Assembly (NCBI GenBank): GCA_951406725.2
Contig: OX597827.1
Location: 30,194,001 to 30,258,000, forward strand
From: Octopus vulgaris
Taxonomy: Eukaryota
Reading direction: 5' to 3'
DNA: 64,000 bases
Position numbers and translations under genes: made by a program. Positions 13,524 through 23,541 of the stretch are shown in pieces (positions within the stretch are counted from its first letter, which is position 1; every line of letters starts with the position of its first letter). The notes beneath the pieces were generated by a model, which was not told where the DNA came from, did not search any database, and saw only the letters and a program-made list of their open reading frames with translations.

Positions 13524-13633
13524 TCTGACAGCTGTTTCGGCAGTAAGGGCAATCATGCCTCATTTAACCTATAAGCCATAAAGGCAGGTATAAATGAGAC
13601 ATTAACAAGGATGCCTCACGGCCTCTTCAGAGA
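13524..13633 (-). ncRNA. Hammerhead ribozyme (inverted pLTR copy)
   Basis: Reverse complement of 16481-16590. Confidence 0.75.
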
Positions 13634-13986
13634 ATTTAATTTATTATAATTGTGAAAAAAATTTTTTATCCATATACATATAAATATAAAAATGTAAAAT
13701 ATAAAAACTTGTGCATAAACTCCATATTGCTACACATATATATATATACTCATTGATACAATAATGCAAGATAAACAAAACAAAATAAAACAAAATACAT
13801 ATCAGTATATATATTAATATTAATAAGCACAAAAACCTTTTTGGAGCTAACGGGAACAACCCTCTTACAAATTATGAGGGTACCGTACCTGCTAGGGAAA
13901 ATATAAATGTAATAGATGATACTACTACTACCAATACTAGTACTATTGATAGGAATATCGCCAATAATGTTAAATTAACTCATTCG

Positions 13987-14508
13987 TTGAATTTGGGTTT
14001 GGATGATGATAACAATTGTAACACTTCTAATGTGAATGGTGGTACAGGATTGGGGACCAATCTTAGATTACCCCAATCTGTTAATAACTGTAATTGCATA
14101 AGCAGAAATAAATGTGTGTTTGGTAATCAATGCCTCAGGAAGGAGGTAGTTTACCAATGCACTGTGGATACACAATTTAGTAGTAGGGTGTATATCGGAG
14201 CAACTATGAATAGCATGAAACAGAGACTTAATTATCACAGATATACTTTTAGAAATAAAAATAGGATGTACTCTACAGGGTTAAGTGCATACATTTGGGA
14301 ACTCAAAAGTAAGAACTTAGATTTTAGATTAAATTGGAAAATACTAACTTCGGCACCTGTGTATAATGGAAAAAATAAAAAATGCTCTCTATGTATTAAT
14401 GAAATTTTTTTCATTATCAAAGCGGGTAGGCATATTATTAATAACATAAATGAAAAAAACTTTTTTTGCATTCATAAACTACCGTACACTTTTTCTAGAT
14501 TCAAATAG
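13987..14508 (+). CDS. Penelope-type GIY-YIG endonuclease domain (fragment)
   Basis: CNC...C...C, VVYQC...YIGAT, KQRLNYH, LSAYIWELK, CSLCINE. Confidence 0.85.
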   Translation: MNLGLDDDNNCNTSNVNGGTGLGTNLRLPQSVNNCNCISRNKCVFGNQCLRKEVVYQCTVDTQFSSRVYIGATMNSMKQRLNYHRYTFRNKNRMYSTGLSAYIWELKSKNLDFRLNWKILTSAPVYNGKNKKCSLCINEIFFIIKAGRHIINNINEKNFFCIHKLPYTFSRFK

Positions 14509-16344
14509 AACTTAGCATTTCTACTATTAATATTCTAACTCCCTTCTGTAACTAACTATACTAGTGGCCTTCTATAATTCTAAAACATGCAACTTATATA
14601 TTTATAATTTTATATAATTTTGTAGCTACACATGTATAATAATAGATATGTCCAGTATTAATTGTTTTTTTTTGTTTTTTGTATGTGGGTTTTTTGTCTT
14701 GTTTTTAAGGGAAATACATTATGACAAGAAATAATATATTCATTTTGGTATTTGCCTTGTAATATGTGATTCTTGAAGTTTTCTAATATTGCATAGTGTA
14801 TATGAATATCATAGTTAGATACCTCGCTCTAGATACTGTAATGCCATTGTGTAATATATGAGAGCCTTTTTGGGAGTTTGTTTTGTTTAGGTTGAGAATC
14901 TAGGTTTTTGTATGTGTTTATTTGGCAGGCTTATTATATTGTATATTTGGTGTATCTTTGTACTCACCTTAATTTGTATCTTATGCTATTTACTAATAAA
15001 CCTTTTCATTTACTAACATTTGGCTTTATAAATATTAGCAGCCTTATATATTTAGTCCTATATTTATAGTCTTCTGGATCTGTACATTAAGTTATTCATC
15101 TATTCATTTTTTACTCACTATCTACAGGTATAAATTTACATAATATTAGCCTGTATATTAAGTTTATATTGGTAATTTCTTCAATATATATCTTCACTTT
15201 ATTTTATTTTATGTTATTTATTTTACTTTTATACTCTTTTATGTATATGTGGATATATGCATATTAGCATTACTATATATTAGGTGTACCTGTACCTATG
15301 CATTTATCTGAATTGGTTCTCTATGGTATCTATCTATGCATTTAGTCATCTACTTATTTATTTATTTATTTATTTACTTATTTAAGTGTAGATTTATACA
15401 TACATATCAATCATTTATTTTTAATAATATATAAATACATATATACTGGCTTGTACTTATGTATGTAATTTTAATTATTTCTTCTTATTTATTTTATCAC
15501 ATTTTTAACTTAAGTATTTACAATTTATTAACTTATAATTATTTAACTTCTGTTATTTACTTATATACGATTGCATTAGTGAGTCCCCCATTTGATATTA
15601 TTTAATGCCTAATCTTGTTTATAATGGCACAGGATTTATTAAGTAAAAAAGATATATATTTATAATATAAAAATTAATCTATACTTTATAACTTAGCGTA
15701 CATGCGATTATAGCAAATTACGGTGTAATCAGTAACCGTTATGTTGACTATAGAAAAAACCGGTGTTAAATACTGAGGGTACCTAGTGAAATAACATCCG
15801 ATATCGTGATATATAAATATATGTATCTTTAAAACAAATATTTTATGGAAATATGTATATTATTATGTATGTATGTGCGATTGATCTGTGGATGTACGTG
15901 TGCGTATGTGCGTTTCTTGACTAACTAACCGTAAAATTTCTTTTGTGATTCAAATTTCAAACTATAAGCCAATCGAATTAATCTAGAATAATCAATATCA
16001 AGCGGACAGAATAACCAAACTCATAGATATGTCGATTTTGGAAGGATGTACTTGGTGCAGACATAACTGTATCTATTATTATTATTATTATTAATATTAA
16101 TAGTAATTTTTATTGACTTTTAAAGGTTTATAATTTTATGAACTGAACTATGGTTTTTTATTACTTTTCAGGTATAGGTCTGATTTTAATTTAAATAGTA
16201 GTGCGCATATATTTTCCTATGTGTTAGTTTTTAGAACTATTAGCCAAATATGTAAAATAACTGTGCTTATTAATATTAATATATATACTGATATATATTT
16301 TGTTTTATTTTGTTTTGTTTATCTTGCATTATTGTATCAATGAG

Positions 16345-16381
<37 letters not shown>

Positions 16382-16480
16382 AGCAATATGGAGTTTATGC
16401 ACAAGTTTTTATATTTTACATTTTTATATTTATATGTATATGGATAAAAAAATTTTTTTCACAATTATAATAAATTAAAT

Positions 16481-16590
16481 TCTCTGAAGAGGCCGTGAGG
16501 CATCCTTGTTAATGTCTCATTTATACCTGCCTTTATGGCTTATAGGTTAAATGAGGCATGATTGCCCTTACTGCCGAAACAGCTGTCAGA
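16481..16590 (+). ncRNA. Hammerhead ribozyme with extended stem II
   Basis: TCT-CTGAAGA-GGC...(long insert)...GCC-GAAAC-AGCT-GTC-AGA. The core is intact and stem III is palindromic (ACAGCTGT). Confidence 0.75.
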
Positions 16591-16775
16591 TATGATATAA
16601 TTACATATTATATTTTATATTTTATATTTCTATTTCCTTGTCTATTTATATTTACAATATATTTTGTATAATGCCTTTACTATTATGTAATGGTGTAATA
16701 AAGTATTGATTGGGTATCATCTGATGGTTGATGTTTTATTGATTTAAGTATGTTTCTCTATTTTCTAATTTTGTA

Positions 16776-16827
<52 letters not shown>

Positions 16828-16830
<3 letters not shown>

Positions 16831-18440
16831 GTTTTCTGTGTGTTTTCTGTGTGTTTTTTTTTGTGATTTGTGTGGGTTTCGTGTATATTCTTTTTAAGTT
16901 CCGTGTTTAATTTGTGTGTGTTGTATATGGTTTTTGTGCATGTTTTGTGTAATCTCTGTGGTTCGCGTGTTTTTGGTGTGTAATTTGCGTTTTTTGTGTG
17001 TAGATGTGTGTGTTTTGTTGATGATTTGTCTGTGATTTGTGTGTGTTTTGGGTGTCATTTATGTGTTGTGTTTTGTGTGATGTTTGTATGTGGTTTGTGT
17101 GTATTTTGCGTGTGATTTGAGCGTGTTTTGTGTGTTCTTTGTGTATTTGTTGTGGGGTTTGTATGGTTCGTGTGTTTTTAATTTTTTTGTGTCCTCTTTG
17201 GGATTTGTAGAGGGTTTTTTGTGTTTGTTTTAAGTTTCGTGTGTAGTTTGTGTGTTTTTTGTGTCATTTATGTGTTTCGTGAGTGTTTTTCCACTTGCTG
17301 TTTTGTGTGGTGTGTGGGTTTTTGTGTTTTGTGCCTACTTTGTGCCTATTTTATATGTGCTTTGCGTGTTTTTTGTGTGTGTTTTGTGAGTGGCTTGTGT
17401 TTGTTTTGTGTGTGTTTTCTGTGCGATTTGTGCATGTTTAGTGTGCATTGTGTATTTTTTAATGTTTGCAGTGTTTTGTGAGTGCTACTTGTGATTTTTG
17501 TGGTTCATGTATGGTTTAGGTGTTTTGTAATTTGTATTTCGTTTGCTCATTTTTGAGTGTATTTTGTGTCTTTTGTCTGCTTTGCGTGTGGTTGATGTAT
17601 TTTTGGGTTTTGCGTCTGTTTTCTGTTGTCTGTGTATAGTTTGTGGGTTTTTTGGGTGTCATTTGTGTGTTTTGTTTGTGTTTCGTATGTTTTGTAACTC
17701 TTTCCTGTGTGTTTTGTGTTTTACTATTAAGGTTTGGGTTAGTGTTTGTGTCTGTGTTTAGTGTGTTGTGAGTGTTTTTTGTGTGTTTTGTATTTTATTT
17801 GTTCTTTGTGTTTATTTTATGTGTTTGATTTTTTGTGTGCATTTTGTGTTTTTCGTTCTTTTGTGTGCTTGGTGAGTGGTTTGTGTGTTTTATGAATGTT
17901 TTGTATGTGATTTGCGTGCTTTGTGTGTTATTTTTGGGTTTTGGGTGTGTTTTCTGTTTTTCGTTTTTTGTGCTTTAAGCGGGTTTTGTATATATTTTTT
18001 GTGTGTTTTCTGTGTTTTTGTGTCTGTTTTGTGTGTGATTTTTGTGTTTTGTGTATATTTTTCTCGTCTTTTGCGTGTTTTCTGTTTGGTTGAAGTGTGC
18101 TTTGTGTGTTTTGTGTATAATTTGTGTGTTCTGTGAGGTTTGTGAGTGTTTTGTGTTTTTTGCGTGGGTTTTGTTTGTGCTTTGTGTATTTTGTATGTAT
18201 TGTGAGTGTTTTGTGTATAATTTGTATTTTTTTGTTGATTTTGTGAGAGTTTCGGCGTCTTGTGTGTGTTTTGTTTGTTCTTTGTGTCAATTTGTGTATT
18301 TTTGGGTTTTAGGTTGGTTTTGAGTATGTTTTCTGTGTGATTTCTGCGTTTTGTGCGTGTTTTATGTGTCTATTATGTGTGTTGCTGTTTTTATTTTTCT
18401 GTATTTTTTATTTTGTATTTTTTGTGTTTTGTGTGTCACA
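16828..18440. repeat. Degenerate T/G-rich cryptic repeat (rDNA IGS)
   Basis: Strongly T/G-biased on the plus strand with no exact period; same character as 32859-33225. Confidence 0.8.
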
Positions 18441-18815
18441 ATACGGGTCTGATTCCTTTGACTTATGGGTCGGACCACGTCGCCGTATTCACCAGTTGCA
18501 TATCGCCACACACTCCAGGCGATTGGCGGCATCGGTCGCGCCTACGTCCACGTTCACGTGGGCGAGAACGCGAGGTTCGCTTCAGCCTCACTAGATCGGG
18601 CACGGTAGCGCGGCGGAGCTCCGCGCGACTGGCGCAGGCCCGCCAATACCTGCACTGGCCGCAGTTTGTCATCTTTCGGGAATTTACGGGACGGACCACG
18701 TCGCCCTATCGACCGCGTGTATCTCGTGACATCCTTGCGGCATAGGTCGCGGCTACGTCCACGTGCACGTGGGCGACACCGTGAGCTTAGGTGCGTTCCT
18801 TCGATATCGGGCATA
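18441..18815. repeat. IGS sub-repeat module, homologous to 32236-32858
   Basis: Shared motifs CTGGCCGCAGTTTGTCATCTTTCGGGA, GGACCACGTCGC and CTACGTCCACG..ACGTGGGCGA. Confidence 0.85.
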
Positions 18816-18817
18816 TA

Positions 18818-19584
18818 AAATCGCCGCTTCGTGCCTCGTCGATAACACACGGACACACACACTCGTGGTCTTCGTCGTACTCAGACTTACTCCCCGGCAA
18901 TCAACCGGCCGCATAACTCGGCGCACTCGTGCACTCGACCGAGAACTCTCTCAAGTGAAATCGCCGCTTCGTGCCTCGTCGATAACACACGGACACACAC
19001 ACTCGTGGTCTTCGTCGTACTCAGACTTACTCCCCGGCAATCAACCGGCCGCATAACTCGGCGCACTCGTGCACTCGACCGAGAACTCTCTCAAGTGAAA
19101 TCGCCGCTTCGTGCCTCGTCGATAACACACAGACACACACACTCGTGGTCTTCGTCGTACTCAGACTTACTCCCCGGCAATCAACCGGCCGCATAACTCG
19201 GCGCACTCGTGCACTCGACCGAGAACTCTCTCAAGTGAAATCGCCGCTTCGTGCCTCGTCGATAACACACGGACACACACACTCGTGGTCTTCGTCGTAC
19301 TCAGACTTACTCCCCGGCAATCAACCGGCCGCATAACTCGGCGCACTCGTGCACTCGACCGAGAACTCTCTCAAGTGAAATCGCCGCTTCGTGCCTCGTC
19401 GATAACACACAGACACACACACTCGTGGTCTTCGTCGTACTCAGACTTACTCCCCGGCAATCAACCGGCCGCATAACTCGGCGCACTCGTGCACTCGACC
19501 GAGAACTCTCTCAAGTGAAAAGGCCGCTTCGTGCCTCGTCGATAACACACGGACACACACACTCGTGGTCTTCGCCGTACTCAG
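18818..19584. repeat. 140-bp tandem repeat, ~5.5 nearly identical copies
   Basis: Unit starts at 18821, 18961, 19101, 19241, 19381 and 19521. Confidence 0.95.
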
Positions 19585-19653
19585 CTCTGCTTTCGCTAGA
19601 CAGTAGATAGGGACAGTGGGAATCTCCTTCTCGCCTTCGATCCGTTCACCTTA
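19585..19653 (-). other. Ectopic copy of the 28S R1/R2 target region (downstream half)
   Basis: TTTCGCTAGACAGTAGATAGGGACAGT is identical to 23455-23481, followed by GGAATCTC, GATCCGTTCA and CCTTA. Confidence 0.9.
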
Positions 19654-21456
19654 GTGAGACTCAATAGAGTCGATTCCCTTTATTTTATTGTGGGCGGTCC
19701 CACACTGTCTCAGCCAATTCCCTAAACTTGCGTTAAAAAACGAATTTCTAAAAGAGTAAAAAAAATTCTACCTTAGTAGAGGGGATCTAAAATTAACAGC
19801 AAGGCGGGCGCTTCTTCGATGGGCAGAAGAAGCAAAATGTCAAATCCGGGTTTAAATTTATTTTATTTTCAGTTCCTATCGAGGCACGGCCCCCAAACCT
19901 TGCCACCTCCTCAAAAACAAAATAAAATAAAAGTTTTGAGGGGCATCCTGCACACCAACCTCTCGGTCCTCGAAAAAAAAAAGAAAAAAAATTTTGAGGA
20001 CTTCATCGAGGGGGTTTTATGTGCAGGATGCGATAGGAACTCTCAGGGTCAAATTCAGTATATGGGCCATTGGAATTACCTGCAGTGTAAATGGCTCTAT
20101 ACAACTGCAGGGAACGTTGATAACGGCCCAACGTGGTTGGGCAACACGCTCTTAACCCACAAGCCACCATCTTATACGGCTCCTGGCAACCGTATAGTTT
20201 AAGGATTTGGACTTCGCGGCATTTTCCAAGAGTACGTGGAAGAAAATCAAGAGTACAAGAGTAAGGAATCAAGCCCTGCAGACCGTAAGCCAACATCCTT
20301 CATAGCCAACCGAAATCCGCACACTAAGCCAAGTACCCTGCAACAGTCCGCGAAGGGCTCAATACTGACGGTTTACCCGTCAGTTGATTGGCTCCCGAAG
20401 TGAGGCCAAAAGTGAGTCCACTCATGCAATAAATTTTGTGAGCCACAACAATCTGGCGTCAGGAGACAGCAATCGAGAGCCACCCAGGGACAGCAGCCTT
20501 CACGAGGCGCTAACTTGTGGGCGAGATAAGAGGCAGGATGGAAGCACCCCATCCCCACCTCGCCCTGTCAGCAGCCCAAACCGGACAGCGAACCCAGCCG
20601 TTCTGACCTTAACCGTCCGTGGGCGCCACCCCGTAAAATTCTATATAGAAATGGGGGGCCTTCACACAACACCGAAGCCAGGTAGTGGCCGATCCGGATG
20701 AGCAGGAGGCCGACAAGCGCAGCCACGACCAACCAACAGGGTATCATCCCACTCTGTAAACGAAAATCTTCCACACTGCTTGGTCCCCACCAAATAATTG
20801 GAACCGCTATGGGGAAAAGACACATTTAGTTTGTCCGCGGACGGGTTGGCGCCCGCAAAAGCCAATAATGGCTTGCGTCCCGCCCCCCGCAGACGTAAGC
20901 TCTTAAACCACGACAAGGTAGTGTCCCCGTGGGTGAAGCCTGGCAGTGCATCCATCTCCCGGGTGAAACCCGGCAGATCATAACATACCAGACAAACTTG
21001 ATGGTGCATCCACCCTCTCGCCTCGCTGCCAATGTTCCAATCGGACACCGCAGGTGTGTATCCCCCTATACACCAACCACACCGGTGTTCCTATAGGACA
21101 CCGCAGGTGCCCCCAACCGACTGAACCTTTCTGCCCCCAACGAAACTCGGTGGGGTGGGGACAAATCGTATCAAATCGGCTATTCAATAAAGTTCACCCC
21201 AAGTGGATGAGCAGTAGGAACAACCACCCATTGCAAGGTTCGTGGGTCATAACCATCAAGCCCCACTTAAGAGAACCTTTCTGCCCCCAACGAAACTCGG
21301 TGGGGTGGGGACAAATCGTATCAAATCGGCTATTCAATAAAGTTCACCCCAAGTGGATGAGCAGTAGGAACAACCACCCATTGCAAGGTTCGTGGGTCAT
21401 AACCATCAAGCCCCACTTAAGAGAACCTTTCTGCCCCCAACGAAACTCGGCCCCAC
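19654..21456 (-). mobile_element. Putative non-autonomous R2-related element inserted in a 28S-mimic site
   Basis: Splits CTCTTAAGGT (minus strand). 19670-19705 matches the R2 3' end (23567-23601) at 30 of 36 columns. No RT or endonuclease ORF; many hairpins. Confidence 0.7.
21123..21450. repeat. 150-bp tandem duplication (2.2 copies) at the 5' end of the insert
   Basis: Units start at 21123, 21273 and 21423, and the two complete units include CCCCACTTAAGA. Confidence 0.95.
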
Positions 21457-21590
21457 TTAAGAGTAGTCGAAGTTACTCCCGCCGTTTACCCGCGCTCGAT
21501 ACCGAGAAGTTCAAGCCCGTACCCTCGGCTCTGCTTTCGCTAGACAGTAGATAGGGACACTCCTCGCCTTTGATCCGTTCATGCGGCGCC
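21457..21590 (-). other. Ectopic copies of the 28S target region (upstream half, linker, then a second downstream half)
   Basis: AGTTACTCCCGCCGTTTACCCGCGCT (21471-21496) equals 28115-28140. 21535-21559 equals 23455-23479. Confidence 0.9.
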
Positions 21591-22049
21591 TCACCGCTTC
21601 GACAACACACACTCGTGGTGTTCGTCGATAACGCCGCGTACTACTCAGACTTTGTCCGCCTCGCCACGAGACCGGGGCTCGCGCCCGATGCCGACGAGCG
21701 ACGACTCGTCGGCGGTTCAGGAGATTACATACAATCGGACTGCCACATGCTGACGCAGCCACCCTGTGTACGCGCGCACTAAGCAGGAGGTGCCGTTTCT
21801 TCCACTTCTCACTTAAACGAACCTGCAACGGAGCGCGCGCTGCTAAGCCCATGCGCGCTCGATCCGGCGGCCAAGACGAAGGCGGTTACGGCGACGACTA
21901 CCGCGCGCTAAGTCGTTCGCCGCAGACACACTTCGACGATCGGCGCGATCGTAACGACTCCCAGCCGCCCTTCGATCGCGCCGTAACACTTTTGCCATCT
22001 TTCGCACCTCCACCTCCGCCTTCCGCCTCGAAGGGGCGGATCGTGTCGT

Positions 22050-22628
22050 TTGCGAGAAGAGACTCAATAGATCGCAGTGTGGTAGCTGCTCTACTAAGCA
22101 CGTCACTCCGAACGGCAAGTCGGGTCGTATGCAAGCGATCCCTTTCGTCTCGATCTCTTCGAACTAGTCGGGGCGGGACGACGAGCAGACGACGACGGCG
22201 CGAACGCCGCAGCCGCCGCCGCGTCCCCGAATGGCAATTCCGCCGGCGACGCTGCCGCTCGCCGCGCGAACGCGACGGGCGGACGAGCTAAGGCATGCGC
22301 CTTGAGGTTGAGACGCTTTTGGAAAACAACTCGAGTCCGGCTACGGTTCCGGCTTAGAGGCGTTCAGCCGTTATCGCTCAGAGGCAGCCTGGCACCACCG
22401 CTCTATCGAGCGAGCGCGCAAACCGTTGCTCTGATCCCGCGGTTCCTCTCGTACTGGACGGGATAGCCGTAGCCGAGTTGACGTTGCCGACGCCCGCCTA
22501 AGGTCGGCCGGAGAAACGCCGGCGGCACGGCCAGGACGGACGACGCGCGAGCGCGCCGCCGCCTCGACCGCACGCCGAGTACCCCGACGCGACTCGGGGC
22601 GCCGCGTACGCGCGATGCATCGGTAGGA

Positions 22629-22675
<47 letters not shown>

Positions 22676-22778
22676 GTTAGTGGGTGAACAATCCAACGCT
22701 TTGCGAATTCTGCTTCGCAATGATAGGAAGAGCCGACATCGAAGAATCAAAAAGCGACGTCGCTGCGAACGCTTGGCC

Positions 22779-22821
<43 letters not shown>

Positions 22822-23429
22822 CGGCGGACGCATAGCTCGCCGCTGTAATTCGGAAAGGATCGATGGGCCACGCTTTCGCGGTCCGTATTCGTACTGAAAA
22901 TCGAAATCGAGCGAGCTTTTGCCCTTTTGCTCGACGTGTGGTTTCCGTCCACGCTGAGCTCGCCTTGGGACACCTGCGTTACCATTTGACAGACGTACCG
23001 CCCCAGTCAAACTTCCCGACCGACACTGTTCTCGACTAAGGGTCGCGCATCGGCTGCGCCGACGTCCGCAAAGGCGCTCGACATGCAACGCGCGCTTCGC
23101 ACCAGATAATGAACCACCGCTCGGCGACGGCCCGATCCCTTCTCCATCGAGTGAGCGAGGAAACTACGGAAGTGGCGGTTTTTCATCGTCGCAAACGCGC
23201 GCGACACCCCGACGTCGAACGCGCTTAGCCGACGGCGCCCACGGCGCACCGACGAGACCGATGCCGCGCGAGGCGACGACGGAACCAACAGCACGCCAGC
23301 GCGCCGCCGGTGACGGCAGCGCCCGGCGCGGGGCAACGCGAATGCTACCGCCTATGTTACGCCTACCGTGTGCCCTCACAAAACCGGACTAGAGTAAGCT
23401 CAACAGGGTCTTCTTTCCCCGCCGATCCG

Positions 23430-23464
<35 letters not shown>

Positions 23465-23499
23465 CAGTAGATAGGGACAGTAGGAATCTCGTTGATCCG

Positions 23500-23541
<42 letters not shown>
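22050..23541 (-). rRNA. 28S: 28S rRNA, 3' part (downstream of R2)
   Basis: Conserved blocks such as GTCTAAACCCAGCTCACGTTCCC, GCAATGATAGGAAGAGCCGACATCGAA and CACTAATTAGATGACGAGGCATTTGGCTACC. The 3' end position is approximate. Confidence 0.95.

Larger units (their letters stand above)
13171..16779 (+). mobile_element. Penelope-like element, 5'-truncated, with inverted pseudo-LTRs (13335-13831 / 16262-16779)
   Basis: ~500-bp near-identical inverted repeats flank a GIY-YIG ORF, and each arm carries a hammerhead motif. Confidence 0.85.

Noticed and set aside
16828-18440. T/G-rich tract as a telomere or a Cys/Val/Phe membrane protein gene
   Set aside because: No TTAGGG or other fixed unit; the ORFs are compositional artefacts.
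18818-19584. Regular repeat array that could be taken for CRISPR
   Set aside because: Whole 140-bp units are near-identical with no unique spacers; eukaryotic context and no cas genes.
19955-20012. Possible hammerhead inside the insert (CGATGA plus a GTCCTC/GAGGAC stem)
   Set aside because: Lacks the CTGANGA and GAAA cores; appears to be a plain stem with an internal loop.
19654-21456. The insert as a Pokey/piggyBac or Harbinger-type DNA transposon (TTA duplication, GTG...CAC ends)
   Set aside because: Terminal similarity is only GTGAGAC versus GTGGGGC, there is no TTAA duplication or transposase, and the 3' end matches R2. Disfavoured but not fully excluded.
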